Positions 49,021-59,704 of a stretch of DNA of 64,000 bases are shown here, piece after piece. The translations under genes were made by a program, and so were the position numbers. Source of the DNA: an uncultured bacterium (lineage in GTDB: Bacteria > Krumholzibacteriota > Krumholzibacteriia > LZORAL124-64-63); the NCBI GenBank assembly GCA_963727525.1, contig CAVSGO010000008.1:160001-224000 (forward strand), in the 5' to 3' direction. Numbering within the stretch: the first letter of the stretch is position 1; each line of letters opens with the position of its first letter. The notes beneath the pieces are model-generated. The model ran no database searches. It saw nothing but the letters and a program-made list of their open reading frames with translations, and was not told the origin of the DNA.

Positions 49021-50210
49021 AGGTCATGATGGTCGGGCCGTATCCCGTGCATGGCATCGCGACGGGGGGAGTCGCCGCGGTCGCGTCCGCGCTCGTCGGT
49101 GCGCTTGCGCGACGTGACGAAATCGACCTCCATGTCGTGACCACGGCGCCGCCGGGTACGCTGGCCCGCAGCGACGGGCAGATCACCATGCATCTGGTGC
49201 CCGATTCGGGACGCTGGCGGCGGCTGACGTTCTACCGGTCCGAGCGCGACGCCATCACCCGTATCCTGCGCGAGGCCAGGCCCGAAATCGTGCACGTCCA
49301 GGGCCAGAACTTCTTCGCCGCCGGGGCGCTCACGGCGGGATTGCCGACGGTGGTCACGCTGCACGGCATGCTCGGCCGCGAGAAGGGGATCGTCGATCGT
49401 CGCAGCCGTGTGTCGGAGCGTGTTTCCAAGCTCGTGCGCGGTCACTTCAACGCCCGCTTCGAGACCGCGGTGTTGCTCGACGCCAGCGACCTGATCATCA
49501 TCAACCCCTACGTGGCGCGCACAATCGGCGACCGCACGCAGGCGCGGTTCCATGCGATCGACAACCCGGTCGACGACGCGTTCTTCGACGTGCGCGATGC
49601 CGCCGAGCCCGACCGCCTCTTCTTCGCCGGCGCTCTCGAGCCACGCAAGGCGCTGCACCAGCTCATCGAGGCCGTCGGCCTGCTCTGCGACCGGGGCGTC
49701 GACGTGCGCCTGCGGATCGCGGGCATGGATGCCGATCCCGGCTACGCGGCCGCCCTGCGCGCCGCTGCGGCCCAGCGCGTCCCGCCCGGCGCGGTGGCGT
49801 TCCTGGGCGTCGTCAGCCAGGCCGACCTGCTGGAGGAATATGCGCGGGCGGCGCTCGTCGTCATGTCGTCCGTGGAGGAGACGTCGCCCATGCTGCTGCA
49901 ACAGGCCATGGCGGCCGGCAAGCCCGTCGTCGCGCCGCGCGTCGGCGGGATCCCCGACCTGGTCGACGATCGGCAGACGGGCCGGCTCGTACCCGGGGCC
50001 GACCCGGCCGCGCTCGCGGACGCCATCGCCGAGCTCCTTGGCTCGGCCCCGGCCCGCAGCGCCCTGGGCGCTCGGGGGCGCGAGCGCGCGGAGGCGCGTT
50101 TCCGGTCCTCGGCCGTGGCGGCGCGCACCTGTGAGGTCTACGCGGCGATCCTGGCGGCCGGCCGCCTGCCGCGGGCCACCGCTGGCGAGACACGCCAAAA
50201 ATCCGACTAG
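49017..50210 (+). CDS. GT4 family glycosyltransferase
   Basis: S..E.SPM...QAMAAGKPVV...VGG; ATGA overlap. Confidence 0.9.
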   Translation: MKVMMVGPYPVHGIATGGVAAVASALVGALARRDEIDLHVVTTAPPGTLARSDGQITMHLVPDSGRWRRLTFYRSERDAITRILREARPEIVHVQGQNFFAAGALTAGLPTVVTLHGMLGREKGIVDRRSRVSERVSKLVRGHFNARFETAVLLDASDLIIINPYVARTIGDRTQARFHAIDNPVDDAFFDVRDAAEPDRLFFAGALEPRKALHQLIEAVGLLCDRGVDVRLRIAGMDADPGYAAALRAAAAQRVPPGAVAFLGVVSQADLLEEYARAALVVMSSVEETSPMLLQQAMAAGKPVVAPRVGGIPDLVDDRQTGRLVPGADPAALADAIAELLGSAPARSALGARGRERAEARFRSSAVAARTCEVYAAILAAGRLPRATAGETRQKSD

Positions 50211-50241
50211 GCAATTGGTCGGCATTAGGATATAATTGCTT

Positions 50242-50285
50242 CCGAATAAGACTTATTCGGCACATGTTAAATATAAATAACGTGT
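50242..50285. promoter_or_regulatory. Two adjacent palindromes in the AT-rich glnA promoter
   Basis: CCGAATAAG-A-CTTATTCGG and ACATGTTA-N8-TAACGTGT. Confidence 0.55.
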
Positions 50286-50327
50286 CGATAAGACTAAATC
50301 TACGTACAATAAGAGGAGAGTTCGGCC

Positions 50328-51758
50328 ATGTCCACCCCCCTGCGGGACTTCCTGGAGATTCCCTACGATCAGCTCGAAGAGATGAACCTCGCGGCCAAGA
50401 TGGACCGCCTCGCCCGGAAGGACCCGGGCAAGATCCGGGAAGCCCGGCTGAAGTACCTGACGGACGAGAAGCGGATCAAGGCCATCACGGTGTGCTTCAC
50501 GGACCTCGAGGGTCGGCTCCACATGCTCGACTACGACAAGAAGTTCCTCCTCAGGTCGGAGGACAACCTCACCTTCGACGGCTCCTCGATCCGTGGCTTC
50601 TCGCGCCAGGCCGAGTCGGACCTGCGCCTGGCCATCGACTGGCCCGCGTTCTACTGGCTGCCGGCCGATGTCTTCGGACCGGGCAAGGTCCTCGTCTTCG
50701 GCATCGTCAAGGGTCAGGACGGCACCGACTACGTCGCCGATCTGCGCGCGCAGCTCAAAGCGTACGCGGGCGTACTCGCCAAGAAAGGCATCACCGCCAA
50801 CGCCGCCAACGAGATCGAGGGCTTTCTCTTCAGCGGCCGCGATGCTGAGCGCCGCTACCGCGAAACCGGTGTCTTCGATTTCATCTCCACCGGCGGCTAC
50901 TACCACTCGCTGCCCGGCGACTCGCTGCGCCGCTTCATCGACAGCTCCGCCGAGGTGCAACGCGCCCTCGGCTTCCAGAACGAGAAGGACCACCCCGAGG
51001 TGGCACCGTCGCAGTTCGAGATGAACTACAGCTACACCGAGGCCACGGTGGCGGCCGATCAGGTGCAGCTCTACAAGCTCATCGCTCGGCAGGTCGCGGC
51101 GCAGATGGACACGACGGCGAGCTTCCTGCCCAAGCCGGTCGCCGGCGTCAACGGCAACGGCATGCACACCAATCTCTCGCTCACCAAGGGCGGCAAGAAC
51201 ATCTTCCACGCGGCTCGGGGCCAGGACGGGCTGTCGGCGCAGGCCTGGAGTTTCATCAACCGGATCCTCGCCAACGCCAACGACATCTGCCTCGTGCTCA
51301 ACTCGAGCGTCAACTCATACCGGCGTCTGGATCCGCACTTCGAGGCCCCGAATCAGATCAAGGTGTCCGCGAGCGATCGTGGCTCCATGATCCGCCTCCC
51401 CATCGGCAACGAGAAGTCGGCGCGCATCGAGGTGCGGTCGATCGCCCCCGACGCGAATCCCTACCTCGCCATCTACACGCTACTGCGCACCGGCCTGGAA
51501 GGGCCGATGTCCGAGGAGGAGGAGGGCAAACGCTCGCGCACCCGCTTCTTGCCGGACAACATCTACGACGCCATCCGCCTCTTCAAGTCAAGCAAGTGGA
51601 GCCAGGAACTTCTGGGCTCGCAGGTGCACGAGAAGTACGCCGAGCTGAAGTCGGCGCAGGCCGATCGCTGCCCCAAAGCCCTCGGCTCGCGCATCAAGCG
51701 CGCCGAGATCCAGTTCCACCACGAGGTGACGAACCAGCAGCTCTGGGCACGGTTCTAG
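50328..51758 (+). CDS. glnA: Glutamine synthetase type I
   Basis: FDGSSI, HPEVAPSQFE, PKP..GVNGNGMH, YRRL.P.FEAP, RIEVRS. Confidence 0.92.
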   Translation: MSTPLRDFLEIPYDQLEEMNLAAKMDRLARKDPGKIREARLKYLTDEKRIKAITVCFTDLEGRLHMLDYDKKFLLRSEDNLTFDGSSIRGFSRQAESDLRLAIDWPAFYWLPADVFGPGKVLVFGIVKGQDGTDYVADLRAQLKAYAGVLAKKGITANAANEIEGFLFSGRDAERRYRETGVFDFISTGGYYHSLPGDSLRRFIDSSAEVQRALGFQNEKDHPEVAPSQFEMNYSYTEATVAADQVQLYKLIARQVAAQMDTTASFLPKPVAGVNGNGMHTNLSLTKGGKNIFHAARGQDGLSAQAWSFINRILANANDICLVLNSSVNSYRRLDPHFEAPNQIKVSASDRGSMIRLPIGNEKSARIEVRSIAPDANPYLAIYTLLRTGLEGPMSEEEEGKRSRTRFLPDNIYDAIRLFKSSKWSQELLGSQVHEKYAELKSAQADRCPKALGSRIKRAEIQFHHEVTNQQLWARF

Positions 51759-51889
51759 AACGACACCAGATGACGCTGCTCGCAGGGCAGGCCGCCCAGT
51801 CGCCGTGCTACGGAGTCGGCGAGGTCTCTTGATGAGTCATCAAGCCGCCGCCGGTCTCGGACACGATCGCGACGGCACACCCAAAAGTA

Positions 51890-51917
51890 ACCGGCCCGGG
51901 CTTGCGCTCGGGCCGGT
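51890..51917 (-). terminator. Probable terminator
   Basis: 12-bp stem followed by TACTTTT on the minus strand. Confidence 0.5.
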
Positions 51918-52086
51918 CGGCGGCTTGCCGGTGGGGGATTGGAGGGAGAAACCGACAAACCGCGCAGCTTAAAGATGCCGCTTAATCTGGGCGAATATAT
52001 CGCATCGACCATGACATCCGCAACCAGAAAATTGCCCTCGGTGTTGATTCGCGGTGCCAATTATTGACGAATTGGCACCGCATCCA

Positions 52087-55000
52087 TCAGGCAACCCGGT
52101 TCCGAGCATACAGATAATAGGCGAGCGGGATGACCACGATCGTCAGGGCCGTGGACATCAGGCCGCCCATCATGAGCGAGATGGCCAGCCCCTGGAAGAT
52201 GGGGTCGAAGACCATCACGAAGCTGCCGGCGATCACCGCGCCGGCCGTGAGGGCGATCGGTAGGAAGCGCACCGCACCCGCCTCGATCACGGCCTCCTCG
52301 AGGGGGAGGCCTTGCTTGATGCGCGCCAGCATGAAGTCGATCAGCAGCACGCTGTTGCGCACCATGATGCCGGCGAGGGCGATCACGCCGATCATGCTCG
52401 TCGCCGTGAAGAAGGCCCCGAAGATGAGATGGCCGGGGATGATGCCCACCAGCGTGAGCGGGATCGGGATCATCTGCAGCAGGGGCACCCAGAAGTCCTG
52501 GAACATGGCCACGATCAGCAGATAGATGATGACGATCACCACCGCGAAGGCGAAGCCGAGATCGCGGAACACCTCGTACGTGATATGCCACTCGCCGTCC
52601 CACTTGAGGGAGTACTGGTCGGTCAGCTCGGGCTGGGACTTGAAGTACTGCTCCATCGTGGTGCCGTCGGGCAGAGTGATCTCGGCGATGGCCTTCTTCA
52701 TGTCGAGGATCGCATAGATCGGCGACTCGAGGGCGCCGGCCACGTCGCCGGTGACGTAGACCAGGGGCTTCAGGTTGCGGCGGTGCCGGCTCTTGGGTAG
52801 AGGCGACGCTTCCACCTTCACGAGATCGGCCAGCGGCACCAGGCCGCCGGACTTGCTCCCGACGAAGAGCCCCTGCAGCGACCGCGTGTCGCTGCGGTCC
52901 TCGATCGGCAGGCGAACGGTGATGGGCACCGGCTCGGTGACGTCGTTCAGGTGCACGAGACCCGCGTCCATGCCACCGAGGGCCACGGCGAGGGTCTGCG
53001 TCACCTGGTCCGAGGCCACGCCGGCCATCGCGGCGCGCTCCTTGTCGACGATGAAGCGATAACGCGTCTGATCGGCTTCGACCCACCAGTCGACATCGAC
53101 CACGCCGTCCGTGCTGTCGAAGATCTCCTTCACCTTCTGCGCCACCTGGATGCGGCCGGCCGCGTCGGGTCCGTAGATCTCGGCCACGAGCGTTGCCAGC
53201 ACTGGCGGGCCAGGTGGGACCTCGACCACCTTCACCGCGGCATCATGGCGCGCGGCGATCTCCTGGATCGGCCCGCGCACGCGCTCGGCGATGGCGTGGC
53301 TTTGATCCGACCGCTGCGATTTCTCCACCAGATTCACCTGAAGTTCGGCCACGTTGGCGCCGCGCCGCAGGAAGTAGTGCCTGACCAGGCCACTGAAGTT
53401 CACCGGGCCCGAGGTGCCGGAGTACACCTGGTAATCGGTGACCTCAGGCACGGTGGTGAGGTACTGACCGATCTCGCGTGCGACCTGGGTGGTCGATTCG
53501 AGGGTGGTGCCCTCGGGCATGTCGATGACCACCTGGAACTCGCTCTTGTTGTCGAAGGGCAGCATCTTCACCTGCACGGCGCGGGTGAAGAACAGGAACG
53601 TGCTGGCTGCCGTGAGCACCGCCGTGGCCAGGAGCGTGAGCACGGCCTTCCGCGGGCTACGCACCAGTGGACGCATGATCGCGTTGTAGGTGCGGTAAAT
53701 GCGCGTGTCGTGCAGGTCGTGGCCGGCGTGGTTCTCGCTGGCCTTGCGGTGCGGCTTGATGAGGCGCAGGGCCAGGTACGGCGAGATGACGAAGGCCACG
53801 AAGAGCGAGAACGCCATGGCCAGCGAGGCGCCGATGGGCATCGGACGCATGTAGGGCCCCATGAGGCCGCGCACGAAGGCCATGGGGAAGAGCGACGCGA
53901 TCACCGTGAGGGTGGCGAGGATGGTCGGGTTGCCTATCTCCTCGATCGCCTGGAGGGAGATCTTCACCGACTGCTTGCCCTTCGCCATGACGTGGCGGTG
54001 GATGTTCTCCACCACGATGATCGTATCGTCGACCACCAGACCCGTCACCAGGATGAGGGCGAACAGCGTCACGCGATTCAGCGTATAGCCGAAGATGTAA
54101 TAGATGAACAGCGTGAGCGCGAAGGTCGTGGGAATGGACACGAAGATGATCGTCGCCCCGCGCCAACCCATCGCCAGAAATACCACGAGCATGGCCAGCA
54201 GGATGGCGTGGCCGAGGCTTTCGATCAGGTGCCAGCCCTTCTCGTTGGCGGTCTTGCCGTAGTCGCGGGTGACGGTCACGTTCACGTCGCCCGGGATGAG
54301 GCGGCCCTTCAGTTCGTCGACCTTCTTGAGCACCGCCCGCGAGATCCGCGTGGCATCGGTGCCCTTCTTCTTGGCCACCGAGATGGTGACGGCCGGCGCT
54401 TCGTGCCCCGGCTCGTACTCGTCGCCCAGGCCGACCTCGTCAGCCCGCGGCCCGGTGCCGAAGAAGACGTAGCTGTCGATCTCGGCAGGACCGTCGCTCA
54501 CCGTGGCCACATCGCTCAGGTGCACCGGCTGGCCGCCGTGCACGCCCACGACGAGGTCGGCCACGTCCTGCGCGCTGCGCACGAAGGCGCCGGTCTCCAC
54601 CGAGAACTCCTGGTTCGCCGTCGCGAACGAGCCGGCGGGCAGGTCCTGGTTCTGCATCTGCAGCGCCGGGATCACGGAGAGCGTGGTCACGCCCATGGCG
54701 GCCAGGCGCTGCGGGTCGAGTTGCACGCGCACGGCGCGGCGGCGGCCACCGTGCGTCTCGACCACCGACACGTTCTCGACCGAGGCGATCTCGGCCTTCA
54801 GCTCGTCGGAGATCTGACGCAGGCCGTACGCATCGTAATGGTCGCTCCATAGCGTCAGCGCCAGGATGGGCACGTCGTCGATCGCGCGCACCTTGATCAG
54901 AGGTTGCATGGCTCCGGGCGGCGCCTCGTCCATGTTGCCCAGAATCTTGTTCCAGATGCGCGTGACGGCCTCGTCCATGTCGGTGCCCACGTAGTAGCGG

Positions 55001-55359
55001 GCCGTGACCATGGCGAAGCCCGGGTAGCTGGCGCTATAGACGTACTCGACGCCCTCGATCTCCCACACCTTCTGCTCGAGAGGCCTGGTCACGAGATTCT
55101 CGACCTCGGCCGGATCGGCACCGGGGAAGGGCACCATGACGTCGATCATCGGCACGACGATCTGGGGCTCCTCCTCCCGCGGCGTCAGCATCACGGCGAA
55201 GCCGCCGATGAGCAGCATGGCCACGACCATGAGCGGCGTCAGCTTGGAGTCGATGAACGTGTGGGCCAGCCGGGTCATCAGTCCGGCGTGCGGCGGCATC
55301 ACGTTCTCGGAGTGCAACGAACCGTCGTCCGGCAGATTGCGCGGGTTCTCGTGGCTCAT
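52087..55359 (-). CDS. RND (AcrB-family) efflux permease
   Basis: GLVVDD.IIVVENI, RNSVLLIDF, RFLPI.LT; 1090 aa. Confidence 0.93.
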   Translation of the reverse strand: MSHENPRNLPDDGSLHSENVMPPHAGLMTRLAHTFIDSKLTPLMVVAMLLIGGFAVMLTPREEEPQIVVPMIDVMVPFPGADPAEVENLVTRPLEQKVWEIEGVEYVYSASYPGFAMVTARYYVGTDMDEAVTRIWNKILGNMDEAPPGAMQPLIKVRAIDDVPILALTLWSDHYDAYGLRQISDELKAEIASVENVSVVETHGGRRRAVRVQLDPQRLAAMGVTTLSVIPALQMQNQDLPAGSFATANQEFSVETGAFVRSAQDVADLVVGVHGGQPVHLSDVATVSDGPAEIDSYVFFGTGPRADEVGLGDEYEPGHEAPAVTISVAKKKGTDATRISRAVLKKVDELKGRLIPGDVNVTVTRDYGKTANEKGWHLIESLGHAILLAMLVVFLAMGWRGATIIFVSIPTTFALTLFIYYIFGYTLNRVTLFALILVTGLVVDDTIIVVENIHRHVMAKGKQSVKISLQAIEEIGNPTILATLTVIASLFPMAFVRGLMGPYMRPMPIGASLAMAFSLFVAFVISPYLALRLIKPHRKASENHAGHDLHDTRIYRTYNAIMRPLVRSPRKAVLTLLATAVLTAASTFLFFTRAVQVKMLPFDNKSEFQVVIDMPEGTTLESTTQVAREIGQYLTTVPEVTDYQVYSGTSGPVNFSGLVRHYFLRRGANVAELQVNLVEKSQRSDQSHAIAERVRGPIQEIAARHDAAVKVVEVPPGPPVLATLVAEIYGPDAAGRIQVAQKVKEIFDSTDGVVDVDWWVEADQTRYRFIVDKERAAMAGVASDQVTQTLAVALGGMDAGLVHLNDVTEPVPITVRLPIEDRSDTRSLQGLFVGSKSGGLVPLADLVKVEASPLPKSRHRRNLKPLVYVTGDVAGALESPIYAILDMKKAIAEITLPDGTTMEQYFKSQPELTDQYSLKWDGEWHITYEVFRDLGFAFAVVIVIIYLLIVAMFQDFWVPLLQMIPIPLTLVGIIPGHLIFGAFFTATSMIGVIALAGIMVRNSVLLIDFMLARIKQGLPLEEAVIEAGAVRFLPIALTAGAVIAGSFVMVFDPIFQGLAISLMMGGLMSTALTIVVIPLAYYLYARNRVA

Positions 55360-55360
55360 C

Positions 55361-56443
55361 CTACCTCACCACCCTGTCGCCCTCGGTGAGGGGCTGCTCG
55401 GAAGTGAGCACCACGGTCTCGCTGCCGGTCAAGCCGGAGATCACCTCGACCCTGTCGTCGAAGGTGCGGCCCGTGCGGATCCAGTGGAGGTGCGCGATGC
55501 CGTCGTTGTCCACTGTCCACACGCCGGTGAGCTGGCCGCGCGTCATGATCGCGGCTTTCGGCACGAGCACCGCCGCGCGCGTGCCCACGGGCACGAGCAC
55601 CCGCGCGAACATGCCACTCTTGAGCTGACCATCGGTGTTGGGCAGGTAGGCCTGGAGGTCGTAGGTGTGGCTCATGGTGTTGGCCGCCGGCACGACGCGC
55701 GCCACCGGCACCGTGAACGGGGCGATCGGCAGGGAGGGGATCTCCACGGTCACGCGCTCACCGCCCTTGACGAGATCGACATCGCGCTCGCTGAGGCCGG
55801 CCGTCACCTTCATCGTGCCCACCTGCTCCAGCGTCAGCAGCGGTTGGCCCGGGTTGGCCATATCCCCCGGATCCACCATGCGCCGCACCACCGTGCCATC
55901 GACCGGCGCCTTGATCGCGAGGTAGCTGAGCTGCATGTCGATCTCGGCCAGCGCGGCCCTGGCCTGCGCGAGGCCCGCGGCCGCCTGGTCGCGGCCGGTG
56001 TGCACGTCGTCGAGGCGCGCCTTGGAAACCGACTTCTGCTCGTACAGCTTCTCGAAACGCGCGACGTTGGTGCCGGCATTCTCGAGCACCGCCTTCGCCG
56101 CGTCGATCCCGGTCTCGGCCTGCTTGCGCCGTGCCTGCAGGTCGGTGTCGCCGATCTGGACGAGCAGTTCGCCCTTGCGTACGACCGTGCCCTCACGTAC
56201 CGGGACGGCCGTGATCCAGCCCATCAGGCGCGTGCTCACCTGTACGGTGTTCTCGCCCGCGAGGCTGCCGGAGGCCGAGACGTACTGGGGCACGTCGGTC
56301 TTCTGCGCCACGGCGACCGTGGCCTTCACGTCCCTGGATTCTCGCTTCGCGACCTCGTGACCGCCACCGCAGCCGGCGACGACGACCAGGAGAGTGGTGG
56401 CGACGGCGACGGCGAAACGTCGCGACATCTGGGTGGTCATCAC
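55361..56443 (-). CDS. RND membrane fusion protein (lipoprotein)
   Basis: Lipobox VAGC, IKAPVDG, LKSGMF. Confidence 0.92.
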   Translation of the reverse strand: MMTTQMSRRFAVAVATTLLVVVAGCGGGHEVAKRESRDVKATVAVAQKTDVPQYVSASGSLAGENTVQVSTRLMGWITAVPVREGTVVRKGELLVQIGDTDLQARRKQAETGIDAAKAVLENAGTNVARFEKLYEQKSVSKARLDDVHTGRDQAAAGLAQARAALAEIDMQLSYLAIKAPVDGTVVRRMVDPGDMANPGQPLLTLEQVGTMKVTAGLSERDVDLVKGGERVTVEIPSLPIAPFTVPVARVVPAANTMSHTYDLQAYLPNTDGQLKSGMFARVLVPVGTRAAVLVPKAAIMTRGQLTGVWTVDNDGIAHLHWIRTGRTFDDRVEVISGLTGSETVVLTSEQPLTEGDRVVR

Positions 56444-57836
56444 TTCCGTCCTCCTTCTCGAGCGGGGCTGCCGGCGGCGAACGTCAGGCGCGCCAGGCTG
56501 AGATTGTAGTCGTGCTGCGCCTGCACCAGACCGCCCTCGGCCTGGATGTCGGCGGCCTGGACATCGAGCAGGTCGACCATGGAGGTGAGACCCTCGGTAT
56601 ACTGATTGGTGATGATGCGCAGGCTCTCGCGCGCGGCCGCCACCGCGTCGTGCGCCACGTCGAGCTTTGCGGCGGCGGCTTTACGTCGCGCCAGGCCTGG
56701 ATCGCCTCGAATCGCGCCTGCCGCGCCATGAAGTCGTACTGGTATTCGACCGCGCGCTTCTGGGCCTTGGCCTTGCGCACGGCCGAGACGTTTTGCAGGC
56801 CCTTGAAGAGATCCCACGTGCCGTAGACACCCAGCGACCAGCTCCGGGCATCGCCACCGAACATGGTGTTCTGACTGATATAGTCGCGCTGCAGTCCGAG
56901 GTTCACATGCGGCACCATGGCGCCCGTCGCCACGTGGACCATGCGCCGCGCGGCGCGCACCTGCTCGGACACGGCCAGCAGATCGGAGCGGCTTTCCACG
57001 CCGGCCAGCTCGGGCGGGGCGGGCATGGCGGCCGCCGCAACCTGCGGCGCGGCCGCGATGGGCAGCGGGATGGTGGTGGCGGTGAGCATCTGCACGGCGT
57101 CGCCGGCCGCGGCCAGCTGATTGCGCACGGTGATCTGCTGCTGCTGCAACGCAGCCAGGAATACCCGCGCCTGCAAGAGATCGGCCTCGGTGGCCATCTC
57201 GGCCTCGACCATGCTGCGCGCCTGCTGCGCGTGCGCCTCGGCGCTGCGCAGCGCGGATGCGATCACCTCGTCGTACGCCCGCGCCAGGGTGAGCCCTTCG
57301 TAGACCTCGTTGGCCTGGAGCCGGACGGTCTCGGCGGCCCGCCGGTGCTGGTACTCGGCGGCGCGGCTCATGGCGTTGGCGGCTTGCTTGCCGAACGTGG
57401 CCATGCCCCCGTTGAAGATCGGCTGCATGAGCTGCAGGCGGGTGAGCCACATGTTGATCTCACCCGGATGGTTCAGGACGTCCGGCGCGAAGTCGGAGGG
57501 CTGCGCGTTGCGGGCGGTGAGCTTGTAGCCAAACGCGCTGAGTGCGTCGTCCGAACGCATGAAGAACTCGTTCACCGACACGCGCGGCAGGAAGCCCGAC
57601 CAGGCCCCGGCAGCGTCGGCGGCGGCAGCGTCGGCCATGGCGCCGGCCGATGCGAGCATCTCGTTGTGTGTGAGAGACGCGTCGATCAACCGGTCGAGTT
57701 CGACGAACAACGTGTCGCCGCGGACCTGGCCCAGGCTGGACCAGTCGGCCGTGGCGGGCGTGTCATCGGCGAACGCCAGGGTGGCGCCCACCAGGAACGC
57801 CGCGCCGAGCAGCGGCGTCATCCAGATTCGCTTCAT
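56440..57836 (-). pseudogene. TolC family outer-membrane factor with a 1-bp frameshift (real or sequencing error)
   Basis: TolC-like helices; the C-terminus (QY.EG.....DLLD.Q) continues in another frame after about 56682. Confidence 0.75.
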
Positions 57837-57848
57837 GGTGGACCTCGT

Positions 57849-58058
57849 TCAGCTCGATTTGGCCGGCACCGTGGCCGGCACGCCCATCTTCTTGAGGATC
57901 GTGATGAGGGGGCACCAGTTGGTGAAGGCGCTCTGTAGGAGGTTTAGCCCGACGAACGCGGTGAAGTACAGCCAATTCGGGCTCACGAACCTGGCGAGGA
58001 CGAGGCTCAGGAGCACGAGGGTGCCCGCCACGGCTCGGACGACGCGGTCTATGGTCAT
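57849..58058 (-). CDS. DUF2892 (YgaP-like) small membrane protein
   Basis: [16 protein letters not shown] motif. Confidence 0.9.
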   Translation of the reverse strand: MTIDRVVRAVAGTLVLLSLVLARFVSPNWLYFTAFVGLNLLQSAFTNWCPLITILKKMGVPATVPAKSS

Positions 58059-58098
58059 GACGATTCCCTTTCCGGTTCGACGTGAATCTGGCAAAGAT

Positions 58099-58124
58099 CG
58101 TAGTTTCGAAAATTCTAAACTGCG
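58099..58124. promoter_or_regulatory. 12-2-12 inverted repeat, candidate ArsR/SmtB operator
   Basis: CGTAGTTTCGAA-AA-TTCTAAACTGCG (10/12 paired), about 40 bp upstream of DUF2892. Confidence 0.6.
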
Positions 58125-58276
58125 CCATAATCTAGATTGTTGTCGGACGGAAAGCAAGGGACCACGAGAAAAAAATCGTCGCCCCGGGGCGGGGGCGACG
58201 AACAACTTGTCGCAACATGATTTCGGGGTTTTCTTGCCCGCATCCCGTCGGACCCGGATCCAGAGGAGACCCTCGC

Positions 58277-59236
58277 ATGAGCGACCAGATACAGCGCGAA
58301 GTCCTGATCGCGGCCCCCCGCGGCTTCTGCGCCGGGGTGGAGAGGGCCATCGAGGTGGTGGACCGATTGCTCGCGATACATGGCACCCCAGTCTATGTCC
58401 GCAAGGAGATCGTCCATAACAAAGCGGTCGTGGACGGGTTTCGCAAACGCGGTGTCATCTTCATCGACGACCTCGACGAGGCGCCGGATGGGGCGACGGT
58501 CGTGTTCAGCGCCCATGGCATCGCACCTCAGGTTCGCGAGGACGCGCAGCGGCGCGGCCTGCGCACGATCGACGCCACCTGCCCCCTCGTGACGCGCGTC
58601 CATCGCTCGGTGCTGAAGCAAGCCGGCCAGGGGCGCACGATCGTGCTCATCGGTCACGCTGGTCACGACGAGGTGATCGGCACGATGGGCGAGGCGCCGG
58701 GCCGGGTGCGGCTCGTGGAATCCGTGGGTGACGTCGCCGCCCTCGACGTCGCCGATGACGAGGAGTTGGCCTACGTCACCCAGACGACTCTGAGCGTCGA
58801 TGAGACCGAGGCCATAGTCGCGGCCCTGAAGGCGCGCTTTCCCCACCTCGTTGTGCCGCTCCGCAGCGACATCTGTTACGCCACCCAGAACCGTCAGGAC
58901 GCGGTGAAGCAGCTGCTCGACGAGGGCGTTAGCCACCTGCTCGTGGTGGGCTCGCGCAACAGCAGCAACAGCGTGCGTCTTTGCGAGGTGGCGCAGCGGC
59001 GCGACTGCGAGGCGACGCTCGTGGACGGGCCCGATCAGGTCGACGTGGCGGCCCTGCGCCACCACCGGACCCTCGGCTTGTCGGCAGGCGCCTCGGCACC
59101 GGAGCATCTCGTGCAAGCGGTGGTGGACAAGCTGGCGGCAGCCGGATGGTCGCCGCGCGAAGTGGCTGTCATGAATGAAGATGTGAAATTCTCGGCGCCC
59201 AGGGAGCTTCTCGCGTTCGAACGGGAAACCCCGTAG
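58277..59236 (+). CDS. ispH: 4-hydroxy-3-methylbut-2-enyl diphosphate reductase
   Basis: [32 protein letters not shown]. Confidence 0.96.
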   Translation: MSDQIQREVLIAAPRGFCAGVERAIEVVDRLLAIHGTPVYVRKEIVHNKAVVDGFRKRGVIFIDDLDEAPDGATVVFSAHGIAPQVREDAQRRGLRTIDATCPLVTRVHRSVLKQAGQGRTIVLIGHAGHDEVIGTMGEAPGRVRLVESVGDVAALDVADDEELAYVTQTTLSVDETEAIVAALKARFPHLVVPLRSDICYATQNRQDAVKQLLDEGVSHLLVVGSRNSSNSVRLCEVAQRRDCEATLVDGPDQVDVAALRHHRTLGLSAGASAPEHLVQAVVDKLAAAGWSPREVAVMNEDVKFSAPRELLAFERETP

Positions 59237-59377
59237 CTATGAAGATATGAATTAAAATAGCTTTGACATCCTGAAGTGATATGATTTTCGTGAGGGGGCG
59301 ATCCTGAGGGGTCACCTTCAGGTCTCTTGTGCGACGAGCATTCCTCCGTGGCAATCCTTCAGCGACGAGGCGCGACG

Positions 59378-59698
59378 ATGGACCGCAAGATCTATGAACT
59401 GCAGGCCGAGCTCTGCAAGACGCTCTCCAACCCCAAGCGGCTCGAAATCCTCGATATTCTCAAGCACGAGGGTGAGATCACCGTGAACGCCCTGGCCGAG
59501 CAGCTGGAGATCCCCAAGGCCAATACGAGCCAGCATCTCGCGGTGCTGCGGCAGGCCGGCGTGGTGTACACCCGACGCGACGGGATCAACGTGTACTACA
59601 GTCTGCGCTCGGAACGCATCAGCGAGGCCTGTTCCGTGACGCGGCAGATCCTGCTCGAGCGCCTCGAGGAACAGATGTCGCTCATGAAGGACGAATGA
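59378..59698 (+). CDS. ArsR/SmtB family regulator
   Basis: LSNPKRL.IL, SQHL.VLR..G.V...R.G..VYYSL. Confidence 0.92.
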   Translation: MDRKIYELQAELCKTLSNPKRLEILDILKHEGEITVNALAEQLEIPKANTSQHLAVLRQAGVVYTRRDGINVYYSLRSERISEACSVTRQILLERLEEQMSLMKDE

Positions 59699-59704
59699 TC
59701 CCGG

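Noticed and set aside
51828-51844. TGATGAGTC resembling a hammerhead ribozyme core
   Set aside because: Reads UUGAUGA rather than CUGAUGA, has no properly placed GAAA, and is explained by a simple palindrome.
59263-59285. TTGACA...TATGAT sigma-70 promoter upstream of the ArsR gene
   Set aside because: The spacer is only 11 bp.
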